Positions 49,080 through 57,326 of a stretch of DNA of 64,000 bases are shown here, in pieces. The stretch is from contig JAGVWZ010000009.1 of assembly GCA_018304045.1 (NCBI GenBank), forward strand, positions 13-64,012, written 5' to 3'. A program made the translations under genes and the position numbers. The notes beneath the pieces were generated by a model. It was not told where the DNA came from and searched no databases. It was given only the letters and a program-made list of their open reading frames with translations. The DNA is from Candidatus Pacearchaeota archaeon. GTDB lineage: Archaea > Nanobdellota > Nanobdellia > Pacearchaeales > GW2011-AR1. Each line of letters starts with the position of its first letter. Positions within the stretch are counted from its first letter, which is position 1.

Positions 49080-49799
49080 ATGATAAAGAAAAAACCAATT
49101 TTGGAACCTGTAAAAAATGGAAGAGAAGAAATAATCCAACTTAAAGACTTGTGCAAGAGATATAAAATGGGTGAAGAAATAATACAGGCTGTTTGTGATG
49201 TAAATGTTAGTATTTACAAAGGAGATTTTGTTGCTATTGTTGGACCTAGTGGAAGTGGAAAGAGCACTATGATGAATATGGTTGGTGCTCTTGATTTAGC
49301 TAGTCAAGGAGATATCTTTTTAGATAAAATAGATATTGAACATTTAAGTGAATCTAAACTTGCTCAGATAAGAGGTAAAAGAATTGGTTTTATTTTTCAG
49401 ACATTTAATCTTATTCCTACTTTAAATGCTCTTGAAAATGTTGCATTGCCTATGATTTTTCAAGGGATTCCAAGAAATAGGAGGATTGAAAGGGCAAAAA
49501 AGCTACTTGTGGATGTTAAATTAAGCCATAGGATGTATCATCTTCCAAATGAGCTATCTGGGGGAGAAAGACAAAGAGTTGCAATTGCAAGAGCTCTTGC
49601 AAATGATCCTGAAGTGATACTTGCTGATGAACCTACTGGAAATTTAGATAGCAAAACTGGAGAAGAAATAATGGATATGTTTATGGATTTAAACAATAAA
49701 GGAAAAACAGTAATTATGATTACCCATGACCATGAATTAGCTAAAAGAGCTAAGCGAATAATAAGGTTAAAGGATGGAAGAGTAATAAGCCAAGAATAA
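49080..49799 (+). CDS. ABC transporter ATP-binding protein (MacB/LolD-type, COG1136-like)
   Basis: Walker A GPSGSGKST, signature LSGGERQRVAIARAL, Walker B ILADEPTGNLD. The track start is TTG 49068; the first ATG is at 49080. Confidence 0.9.
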   Translation: MIKKKPILEPVKNGREEIIQLKDLCKRYKMGEEIIQAVCDVNVSIYKGDFVAIVGPSGSGKSTMMNMVGALDLASQGDIFLDKIDIEHLSESKLAQIRGKRIGFIFQTFNLIPTLNALENVALPMIFQGIPRNRRIERAKKLLVDVKLSHRMYHLPNELSGGERQRVAIARALANDPEVILADEPTGNLDSKTGEEIMDMFMDLNNKGKTVIMITHDHELAKRAKRIIRLKDGRVISQE

Positions 49800-49922
49800 A
49801 TCGCAAGGCTTAAAAAGCCCATCATCTATGGAAAATAGAGGGGATGATAGCAAGTTCAGAAGAAGTTCTGAAGGCTTAACCTCGGAAGCTTATTCTGAGA
49901 TAATAAATGGATAATACAGAAA

Positions 49923-50192
49923 ATGACAATAGAACAAACATTTCAAATTCAATGTAAGGGAAGATCAAGCAGCGATAGATTAGATATATTGGAACAACCT
50001 GTTGATGTAAGAGTAAGGATTTATCAGAGAGAAGGTTCAAATATGATATCAAGTGATGTCTCTTGTCCATATAATACTGGAGCCCATGGAGATAGATGCT
50101 CTGCTGGAAATGAAAGAGATTCAATATGTCCATATGCTTGGGATATACCTTATGCGCTAGATACTAAAGGTTTGGATAATAAATCTCCTTAA
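49923..50192 (+). CDS. small Cys-containing hypothetical protein (two CPY motifs)
   Basis: 89-codon ORF, GC-richer than its flanks, with SCPYNTGAHGDRCSAG and ICPYAWDIPYA. No family recognised. Confidence 0.5.
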   Translation: MTIEQTFQIQCKGRSSSDRLDILEQPVDVRVRIYQREGSNMISSDVSCPYNTGAHGDRCSAGNERDSICPYAWDIPYALDTKGLDNKSP

Positions 50193-50199
50193 TATTAAA

Positions 50200-51084
50200 A
50201 TGAAAAAAACAATAACAATATTCATACTTGGAATCTACATATTTAGTTTAATTAGCATGGCAAATGCATTGATTATAAATTCTGTTTCAACTTCTCCTGA
50301 TCAGGTTGCTCCTGGTGAAACTTCTAGAATTAGTATCAATATAAAAAATAATGAGGAACTTGATATTGAAAATGTTGTTGTTAGTTTAGACTTTACAACT
50401 GTTCCTTTTGCGCCATATAATTCTGGAAGTGATTATACTATAAGCGAAATTTTAGAAAGCAAGACAAAATCTGCTGAATTCGATGTAATCGCCTTAAACA
50501 ATGCTGCTTCTGGAATTTATAAAATTCCTGTTAAAATAGAATATAGGGAAAGTGGGCAAGCAGATGGAACTCCAAACAAAGTTAAAAGTTCTTTAATAAG
50601 TATAATGATAAATTCAAAACCGATTTTAGATGTTAGTTCTGAAGATGGTGTTTTATTGAAAAATCAAAAAAGCAAAGTTAGCCTTAAAATTGTAAATAAA
50701 GGACTTTCTGATGCTAAATTCTTAGAAATAAATATGCAGGGAAATTCCTACACAACATTAGTATCTCAATCCAAGGTCTATATTGGTGATGTTGATAGTA
50801 ATGATTTTCAAACAGCTGAATTTGAAATATTTTTTAAAGAGACTAGCCCAAACTCCATTACTCTTTCGGTTACAATAACTTACAAGGATATTTCAAATAA
50901 AGAATATACTGAAAATTTTGATGTGCAATTAAAAGTTTATAGTCAAGATCAAGCTGTTCAATTAGGATTAATTCAAAAGAGTTATACTTGGATGATTGTT
51001 ATTGCTGTAATTATCATTGTTATTCTCTTCTTTGTAATCAGAGCTATAGTTAAAAGAAGAAATAAAAATAACAAGGAATATTAA
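50200..51084 (+). CDS. secreted, C-terminally anchored beta-rich repeat protein (CARDB/COG1361 S-layer-like domain)
   Basis: 294 aa. Signal-like N-terminus, two ~110-aa repeats, and a C-terminal TM followed by KRRNKNNKEY. Confidence 0.65.
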   Translation: MKKTITIFILGIYIFSLISMANALIINSVSTSPDQVAPGETSRISINIKNNEELDIENVVVSLDFTTVPFAPYNSGSDYTISEILESKTKSAEFDVIALNNAASGIYKIPVKIEYRESGQADGTPNKVKSSLISIMINSKPILDVSSEDGVLLKNQKSKVSLKIVNKGLSDAKFLEINMQGNSYTTLVSQSKVYIGDVDSNDFQTAEFEIFFKETSPNSITLSVTITYKDISNKEYTENFDVQLKVYSQDQAVQLGLIQKSYTWMIVIAVIIIVILFFVIRAIVKRRNKNNKEY

Positions 51085-51085
51085 A

Positions 51086-51583
51086 ATGAAAAATGTTCTA
51101 CAAACTGCAGGAAATATTGTAACAAATTCTTGGAGATATTTGCCTTTTGGTAGTTTGATAAATCATATGAATGAAATAAAGGATAGGTATAGAATAAACC
51201 CCTTTGCTCCGGAAGAAGAATTTATTGATGTTTTAAAAATGTTTGCTCATGTAGGATATCTTCTAATAGCTTTAACTGCTTTATCATCAGAAGTAGATGG
51301 TTTCATTAAAACAGGTGAGATAAACCCCCTAACCCAAAACCAAGTTATTTTGCAAAGAACAAAAGAAGCTGAACGAAAAAGAGAAGCTGAAGGGGCGAGA
51401 TATAACTTTGCCTATGAAAGATTATTTGGAAAAGATGGACTTGCAGATACTGATAAAGATGGGAGAATCAGTCCTGGAGAGAGATTTGAAACATTTAGAA
51501 GAATGGGACTTGAGGGACAAGTTCAATTTCCACAACCAAAAATACAAGATTTAGAAAAAGCTGCATTGAGTTATAATCATTAG
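51086..51583 (+). CDS. hypothetical protein with a canonical EF-hand loop
   Basis: 165 aa. DTDKDGRISPGE (51446-51481) fits D-x-D-x-D-G-x-I-x-x-x-E. One hydrophobic segment. GC-richer than neighbours. Confidence 0.6.
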   Translation: MKNVLQTAGNIVTNSWRYLPFGSLINHMNEIKDRYRINPFAPEEEFIDVLKMFAHVGYLLIALTALSSEVDGFIKTGEINPLTQNQVILQRTKEAERKREAEGARYNFAYERLFGKDGLADTDKDGRISPGERFETFRRMGLEGQVQFPQPKIQDLEKAALSYNH

Positions 51584-51594
51584 AAAAATATTAA

Positions 51595-51996
51595 ATGGAA
51601 CCATCATATACTGCATATCAACTTGGGAAAATTAATCATAAAGATAGAAAGAAATTAATCGACTTATTGCAACACGAAGGAGCAAGAGCGTTTGTAAATT
51701 CAGAACATATATTCTTCACTTCAAAAGATCCACCTGCTCCAGTTTTAGCAAAAATGAGTTCAGAATTTGGTCGTCGGGATTATGATTTTTATTTATTTGA
51801 GGGTGAAAAATGTTTGATGGGCATACCTGAGATTCATTCTGAGCTCAATCTTAGAGATGATAGAAAAGGCATATATCCGGTAGGCCTTCTTTCTCCTAGA
51901 AATCTTCTTCCCCCTAGAATGAGAAAACTAAGTCAAGAAGATATTGAAACTAGAGAAAAAATTCGTAGAGTTTTAAGAGACTATAAATCTTCTTAA
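51595..51996 (+). CDS. hypothetical protein
   Basis: 133 aa, Arg-rich, GC-richer ORF with no recognisable motif. Confidence 0.55.
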   Translation: MEPSYTAYQLGKINHKDRKKLIDLLQHEGARAFVNSEHIFFTSKDPPAPVLAKMSSEFGRRDYDFYLFEGEKCLMGIPEIHSELNLRDDRKGIYPVGLLSPRNLLPPRMRKLSQEDIETREKIRRVLRDYKSS

Positions 51997-52016
51997 AATT
52001 TTATTTTGGAGTAAAT

Positions 52017-53237
52017 ATGTTAAAAGACCTTTTCTTTATTTCATTGAATAGTATGAAAAAGAGAAAGCTTAGGAGTTGGTTAACTCTTCTTGGAATATTC
52101 ATTGGAATTGCTGCAGTTGTTTCTCTTATCAGTTTGGGAGATGGTTTAAGAACTGCAATTACAGGGCAATTTGCATCTCTTTCTGCAGATACATTAACTT
52201 TTTCAAATGCAGAAACAAGTTTTGGACCTCCTGGAAGCACTGCTGTTAAAAAGATAAATGATAATGATGTTAAATTAATTGAAAGTGTTAGTAATGTTAA
52301 AATTGTTATTCCCAGGTTAATAAGGGTTGCAAAAATAGAATACAATAAAGCAGCTAGCTATGGTTATGTGATCAGTATGCCTGAGGACAAGGAAAAAATT
52401 GATTTTATTTACACTACAATGAATATTGAAGCTGAACAAGGTAAATTAATTGTTTTAAATGATTATGAAAAAGTGGTTGTTGGAAGTGATTATCTTGATG
52501 AAAATAAATTTGGAAAACCAGTAAGAGTTGGAAGCAATATTATAATCCAAGGTAAAAGTTTTGAAGTTATAGGTATATTAAAAAAAGCAAGTACATTTAC
52601 AATTAATAGTGTTGTTTTAATGCTTGATTCTAATATGAGGGACACCTTAAGCATTTCTAAAGAAGAACATGATATCCTTGCAATAAGAATCAATAGTAAG
52701 GAAAATGTTGAATCTGCTGCAATTGCTATTGAAAATAAGATAAGAAAAGATAGAAATGAAAAAAAAGGTGAAGAAGATTTTAAGGTTCAAACACCTCTTC
52801 AATCTTTGTCTGCAGTGAATACTGTACTTGATGTTGTGAATATTATTGTTATTGGAATTGCTGCTATTTCTTTATTAATTGGTGGAATTGGAATTGCAAA
52901 TACAATGTATACTTCTGTTCTTGAAAGAACAAAGGAAATTGGAACAATGAAAGCAATTGGTGCTAAAAATTCAGATATAATGAAAATATTTATTCTAGAG
53001 TCCGGAATATTTGGTTTGATTGGCGGTATTTTAGGGGCTATTTTTGGATTATTTTTATCTTGGATTGTTTCTTATAGTGCAAATAGTGCATTTAATCAGA
53101 ATATTTTGGCATTTAGTATTTCCTGGTCTCTTTTAATTGGAGCAATATTATTTTCATCATTTATTGGAATTGTTGCTGGATTAATTCCAAGTTATAGTGC
53201 AAGTAAAATGAAGCCGGTTGATGCTTTGAGGAGTTAA
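52017..53237 (+). CDS. ABC transporter permease, MacB/FtsX type
   Basis: 406 aa. N-terminal TM, ~230-aa external domain and a C-terminal FtsX 3-TM block. Confidence 0.9.
   Translation: MLKDLFFISLNSMKKRKLRSWLTLLGIFIGIAAVVSLISLGDGLRTAITGQFASLSADTLTFSNAETSFGPPGSTAVKKINDNDVKLIESVSNVKIVIPRLIRVAKIEYNKAASYGYVISMPEDKEKIDFIYTTMNIEAEQGKLIVLNDYEKVVVGSDYLDENKFGKPVRVGSNIIIQGKSFEVIGILKKASTFTINSVVLMLDSNMRDTLSISKEEHDILAIRINSKENVESAAIAIENKIRKDRNEKKGEEDFKVQTPLQSLSAVNTVLDVVNIIVIGIAAISLLIGGIGIANTMYTSVLERTKEIGTMKAIGAKNSDIMKIFILESGIFGLIGGILGAIFGLFLSWIVSYSANSAFNQNILAFSISWSLLIGAILFSSFIGIVAGLIPSYSASKMKPVDALRS
52888..52979 (+). repeat. 92-nt tract identical to 54678..54769 (gene-conversion tract, copy 1)
   Basis: ttggaattgcaaatacaatgtatacttctgttcttgaaagaacaaaggaaattggaacaatgaaagcaattggtgctaaaaattcagatata is present in both permease genes. 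Confidence 0.9.
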
Positions 53238-53240
53238 AGA

Positions 53241-53825
53241 ATGAAATTAGATCAATATTTAGAATCAGCAAGAAAATGTCCTAATGAAGTGGTTGTTTTA
53301 GATGGGCAAGAGATTGATAGGGTCACTGCCGAACATGGTGTTTATGATAATTATCATGTAGAATTAAAAGGAAGTTTTAATGAATTTGCTGAGAGATTGG
53401 TCATGTATTTGGAAAAAATAAAAGGTAGAATTATGGTTCCCAATCCAAGACAAATAACTCATCCTGGAAAACAGTTTTATTATTCTGATGTTGAAAGAGG
53501 ATTAACTATCCAGATTTTTGATTTTTTACCAATTCTTTCAAAAGCAATATTAGAATCTTATTCTATAGCTAAAGACGTTTTTGATATTGGAGAATTGAAT
53601 ATTTCAATAAGTCTACATCCTGAGAGATCAAATGTTAGAAGATTTAATTCAGGATTATTGGATTTTGTTGAAGAACTTGGAGAATATTGCAGGTCGAGAG
53701 GAATTCTTTTTTGCATACCTAAATCAGTTGGATGGGCCGACCATTCTTTAGAAAGAATGGTTTGGAGTCCTGATGAATTAGAAGAGAAAATACAACAGTT
53801 AGTAAAATCCAGGGGAGTAATATGA
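53241..53825 (+). CDS. hypothetical protein
   Basis: 194 aa, about 45% GC on a spot count versus about 22% in the next gene. No recognisable motif. ATGA-type overlap with the downstream permease. Confidence 0.55.
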   Translation: MKLDQYLESARKCPNEVVVLDGQEIDRVTAEHGVYDNYHVELKGSFNEFAERLVMYLEKIKGRIMVPNPRQITHPGKQFYYSDVERGLTIQIFDFLPILSKAILESYSIAKDVFDIGELNISISLHPERSNVRRFNSGLLDFVEELGEYCRSRGILFCIPKSVGWADHSLERMVWSPDELEEKIQQLVKSRGVI

Positions 53826-55030
53826 TACAAGATTATTTTAATTTAGCTGTAAGAAATTTAATGAAGAAAAGACTTAGGAGTAGCCTAACTATAATAGGAA
53901 TCTTTATTTCAATTGCTACTATTTTTGTTTTAATTAGTTTATCCATTGGATTAGATGGTGCTGTAAAAGAACAATTCAGACAGTTGGGAAGTGATAAGTT
54001 TTTTATAATGCCTCGAGGGCAGGCAGGACCTCCTGGAGCAGGAAGGGCGGTTCAACTTACAATTAAAGATGTAGAAGTCATTGAAAAAATAAATGGAGTA
54101 AAAGATGTATCTTATGATACAATTGGAAATGCTAAGGTGGAATTTAATGATGAAATTAGATATTTAATGATAGCTGGAATTCCTTTAGATAAATCTGATG
54201 TTTTTATTGAAACAGGTTTTTATAAAATTGATGATGGGAGATTTTTAAAAAAAGGAGATGTTGGTAAAATAATGATTGGAAGCAGGTTTAAGGAGACTCT
54301 TTATAAAAAATCTGTTAAGGAAGGCAATAAAATAATAATTAATGGGAAAGAATTTGAGGTTGTTGGAATATTACAAACAATTGGGAATTCTCAAGATGAT
54401 AGTTTAATTTTTATGGGTTTAGAAGATTTTAAAGAATTATTTAATTCAGAAGACAGAGTTGATCAAATTATTGTTCAAATAAAATCTGGAGAAGATATTA
54501 ACAAAATTGCGGATAATACTCGAAGAAAATTAATAAGTTTTAGAGGGGTTACTGAAAAAACAAGGGACTTTGAAATAATGACCCCTGAAGAATTATTGAA
54601 AAGTTTTGGAGTTGTTTTAAATATAATAACTGCATTTTTATTAGGTATTGCTGGTATTTCTTTATTAGTTGGGGCGGTTGGAATTGCAAATACAATGTAT
54701 ACTTCTGTTCTTGAAAGAACAAAGGAAATTGGAACAATGAAAGCAATTGGTGCTAAAAATTCAGATATACTAATTATTTTTGTTATTGAATCTGGATTAC
54801 TTGGGTTAATTGGAGGTATTCTTGGAATAATTCTTGGAATCATAGTTGGAAAAATAATAGAATATATTGCTGTTGTTCAACTTGGAACTACTTTGTTGAA
54901 AGTTTCTTTTCCCTGGTATTTAATTGCAGGATGTTTATTATTTGCATTTTTATCAGGGGCTATTTCAGGATTATTTCCTGCAAAACAGGCTTCAAAATTA
55001 AAACCCGCTGATACTTTGAGGTATGAATAA
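53822..55030 (+). CDS. ABC transporter permease, MacB/FtsX type (paralogue of 52017..53237)
   Basis: 402 aa with the same architecture. It shares a 92-nt perfectly identical tract with its paralogue. Confidence 0.9.
   Translation: MIQDYFNLAVRNLMKKRLRSSLTIIGIFISIATIFVLISLSIGLDGAVKEQFRQLGSDKFFIMPRGQAGPPGAGRAVQLTIKDVEVIEKINGVKDVSYDTIGNAKVEFNDEIRYLMIAGIPLDKSDVFIETGFYKIDDGRFLKKGDVGKIMIGSRFKETLYKKSVKEGNKIIINGKEFEVVGILQTIGNSQDDSLIFMGLEDFKELFNSEDRVDQIIVQIKSGEDINKIADNTRRKLISFRGVTEKTRDFEIMTPEELLKSFGVVLNIITAFLLGIAGISLLVGAVGIANTMYTSVLERTKEIGTMKAIGAKNSDILIIFVIESGLLGLIGGILGIILGIIVGKIIEYIAVVQLGTTLLKVSFPWYLIAGCLLFAFLSGAISGLFPAKQASKLKPADTLRYE
54678..54769 (+). repeat. 92-nt tract identical to 52888..52979 (copy 2)
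   Basis: Same sequence as copy 1. The flanking codons are diverged. Confidence 0.9.
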
Positions 55031-55094
55031 TAGAACATAAAAATTTATAAAGTATATTTATTGATTATTTCTATCAAATAAAAGGTGAAAAATT

Positions 55095-55265
55095 ATGGCA
55101 AAATGTACTTATTGTAAATGTTCTCTTCCGGATAGAACTCTTTTTGAGGTTTGTGATTCATGTGGTATAAAGGTTTGGGGTCCAAAAATGTTCAGAGCTA
55201 TTAAGGGCAATTATGAAGAAGCTGAAGTTAGGGGAGATCTTGACCAGGGTGGAAACGGAAGATAG
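55095..55265 (+). CDS. small zinc-ribbon protein (56 aa)
   Basis: Hand-translated: MAKCTYCKCSLPDRTLFEVCDSCGIKVWGPKMFRAIKGNYEEAEVRGDLDQGGNGR. AAAGGTGA SD-like motif at 55081-55088, 6 nt upstream of the ATG. Confidence 0.55.
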   Translation: MAKCTYCKCSLPDRTLFEVCDSCGIKVWGPKMFRAIKGNYEEAEVRGDLDQGGNGR

Positions 55266-55494
55266 TTTTTCAAATAGATTATGTGGGCTTTTATTGAATT
55301 AAAATGCTTGCAAAGCTTTTTAAAGCATATATTTCTATTGTTTTAGAGAATGGTATTAGTGGATAGTAAACCTATCTTAAATGGCCTTTGAGCACTAAAG
55401 AACCTTGATGATTCTTAGATGCTTTTATCTTAATGAAAACAAATTCAAAAACCAGCGAAAACCTTCGGTTTTGACATTGAAGGTTTTTGAGATC

Positions 55495-55517
55495 CTGAGA
55501 ATTTAAAAAATTCTCAG
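55495..55517 (+). promoter_or_regulatory. leader palindrome 1 (upstream of rpl21e)
   Basis: ctgagaattt-aaa-aaattctcag, a 10-bp perfect inverted repeat 25 nt upstream of the ATG at 55543. Followed by tctgttagtttttgacaaaacaaac. Confidence 0.45.
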
Positions 55518-55542
55518 TCTGTTAGTTTTTGACAAAACAAAC

Positions 55543-55794
55543 ATGAGAAAAAGAAAACAATTACGAACACGTGGAAAATTAAAACTTAGTCATTACTTTC
55601 AAGAATTCAAAACAGGAGATAGGGTTGCAGTTATTATGGAATTAGGTGTTAATCCTAAATTTCCAAAACAAATACAAGGAAGATCAGGGGTAATAAAAAA
55701 TAAACGTGGAAGTTCCTATGTTATAACTATGAATGATTTAAACAAAGAAAAACAATACATTATACATCCAGTTCATCTAAGGAGATTAAATTAA
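55543..55794 (+). CDS. rpl21e: 50S ribosomal protein L21e
   Basis: 83 aa. Basic N-terminus RTRGKLK, then FKTGDRVAV...GRSGVI...IHPVHLR. Confidence 0.85.
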   Translation: MRKRKQLRTRGKLKLSHYFQEFKTGDRVAVIMELGVNPKFPKQIQGRSGVIKNKRGSSYVITMNDLNKEKQYIIHPVHLRRLN

Positions 55795-55851
55795 AATGAA
55801 AATCATAAATAATTTTCAAATACTCACTTGTTGGGGGACAAGTTTCGTAAA

Positions 55852-56163
55852 ATGATAATTGATAGAACCCCTTTAAACATGGCGGAAGTTGAAGAAATAT
55901 TAAAAGAAATTCCTGAAAATGAAAAAAAGACTGAAGCAGAAGAATATTTAAAGAAATTTTTAAAGACAAAACCAAAAGAAGAGAGAAAAATCAAAGAAGG
56001 ATTAGAAAAATTAGATATATTAAAAATAAAAAGAGAACATATTGTAAAGATTATTGATTTAATTCCAGAAGATGCATCTGATTTAAACAAAATATTCGTA
56101 GATGTTAGCCTAACAGAGGATGAAACAAATAAAATACTTAATGTTGTTAAAAGCAACAAATAA
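55852..56163 (+). CDS. rpoF: RNA polymerase subunit F (Rpo4/Rpb4-like)
   Basis: Conserved archaeal L21e-RpoF-DUF655 gene order. Acidic helical ~100-aa protein (LNMAEVEEILKEI...). The track start is TTG 55828; the first ATG is at 55852. Confidence 0.65.
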   Translation: MIIDRTPLNMAEVEEILKEIPENEKKTEAEEYLKKFLKTKPKEERKIKEGLEKLDILKIKREHIVKIIDLIPEDASDLNKIFVDVSLTEDETNKILNVVKSNK

Positions 56164-56165
56164 AA

Positions 56166-56708
56166 ATGACAGAAAAAGAAGAAAACGCTATAGTCCTAGA
56201 CTATTTACCTTATGGTTATCCATTGGAAAAGAAAATGATGTCTGTAGCTCAAGCATTAGGTGTTAAAAACTTTACATTACTACATCTTATACCTCGAAGA
56301 GGTTTAAAATTAGAAGTTGGAGAAATTGTTTATATTGGCGAAGGTAAAAGAGATAAAATATATTATATTTTAGGAAGACTTCCTGGAGATAAATTAACAG
56401 AAACAGCTAAGGAACAATTAAAAATAGTAATTGAAAAAGAAATTGCAAATAGTGAACAAAAATTTGTTGATTTTTTTAATAAGGCAGAAGCTATAAACAC
56501 AAGACTTCATCAGTTTGAATTGCTTCCTGGATTTGGGAAAAAACATACAGAAGCAATACTTTTAGAAAGAAATAAAAAGCCTTTTGAATCTTTGGTAGAT
56601 TTAAAGGAAAGGGTTGGAAATCTTCCAGATCCTAAAAAATCTATAGAAAGGAGATTTTTAGAAGAAATAACTGAAAAACAAAAATATTATCTTTTCATAA
56701 CACAATAA
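56166..56708 (+). CDS. DUF655-family protein (putative RNA-binding, HhH)
   Basis: 180 aa with AIVLDYLPYGYP and FELLPGFGKKHTEAIL (HhH). Conserved position after rpoF. Confidence 0.75.
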   Translation: MTEKEENAIVLDYLPYGYPLEKKMMSVAQALGVKNFTLLHLIPRRGLKLEVGEIVYIGEGKRDKIYYILGRLPGDKLTETAKEQLKIVIEKEIANSEQKFVDFFNKAEAINTRLHQFELLPGFGKKHTEAILLERNKKPFESLVDLKERVGNLPDPKKSIERRFLEEITEKQKYYLFITQ

Positions 56709-56709
56709 A

Positions 56710-57228
56710 ATGGCAGCACCAATAACACAAAAAATAGAATCTAAAGGAAGACCTCCTGAAAAAAAAGAATATTTCACAATAATTAGAATTATGCAAACAG
56801 ATATTCCTGGAAATAAAAATCTTCTTACAGGGCTTACTTATCTTAAGGGAGTTTCATGGGGAATTTCAAATGCAACTTGTAAGTTGTTAAAATTAGATCC
56901 TAGAAAAAAAATTAGTGATCTTACTCCTCAAGAAACTGAAAAAATAGTAAAATTTTTAGATGAAGAAATTTCTAAAAAACTTCCAAAATTTATGTTGAAT
57001 AGAAGAAAAGATTTTGAAACAGGAGAAGATGTTCATTTAACCGGAACTGATCTTGATATGAAAAGAGAGTTTGATATAAGAAGATTAAAGAAAATAAGAT
57101 CTTATAGGGGACTTAGACATGCTACAGGTCAACCTACAAGAGGACAGAGGACAAAGAGTCATTTTAGAAATAAAAAGAAAAATAAAGTAGTAGGGGTACA
57201 GAAAAAGGCAAATAAACCTAGTAAATAA
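56710..57228 (+). CDS. rps13: 30S ribosomal protein S13 (uS13)
   Basis: IIRIMQTDIPGNKNLLTGLTYLKGV and SYRGLRHATGQPTRGQRT. Confidence 0.9.
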   Translation: MAAPITQKIESKGRPPEKKEYFTIIRIMQTDIPGNKNLLTGLTYLKGVSWGISNATCKLLKLDPRKKISDLTPQETEKIVKFLDEEISKKLPKFMLNRRKDFETGEDVHLTGTDLDMKREFDIRRLKKIRSYRGLRHATGQPTRGQRTKSHFRNKKKNKVVGVQKKANKPSK

Positions 57229-57256
57229 ACACCTAAACTAAAAAAACAAAAACATA

Positions 57257-57303
57257 AAATGATAAGACGAAGAAAATTTAACAATTTTCATGCCTTATCA
57301 TTT
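57257..57303 (+). promoter_or_regulatory. S13-S4 intergenic stem-loop containing a decoy copy of the S4 translation start
   Basis: Outer stem aaatgataag (57257-66) pairs with cttatcattt (57294-303). Inner stem gaaaatt (57272-78) pairs with aattttc (57283-89). The 5' arm is part of a 29-nt repeat (57248-76 = 57316-44) that includes the ATG. Confidence 0.5.
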
Positions 57304-57326
57304 AACATAAACTAAAAAAACATAAA

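Noticed and set aside
49800-49922. Riboswitch, RNase P RNA or SRP RNA candidate in the structured GC-richer spacer after the ABC ATPase.
   Set aside because: I could not find any of the universally conserved RNase P (GGAAAGUCC-type) or SRP motifs by eye. Only short generic hairpins are present.
55410-55500. Possible C/D-box sRNA (TGATGA at ~55415, CTGA at ~55495) in the 270-nt spacer before rpl21e.
   Set aside because: The boxes are about 80 nt apart with no convincing D'/C' pair or terminal stem, and the CTGA is part of the leader palindrome. The region also has competing hairpins (aaaacc-ttc-ggtttt versus aaaaccttc...gaaggtttt) that I could not interpret.
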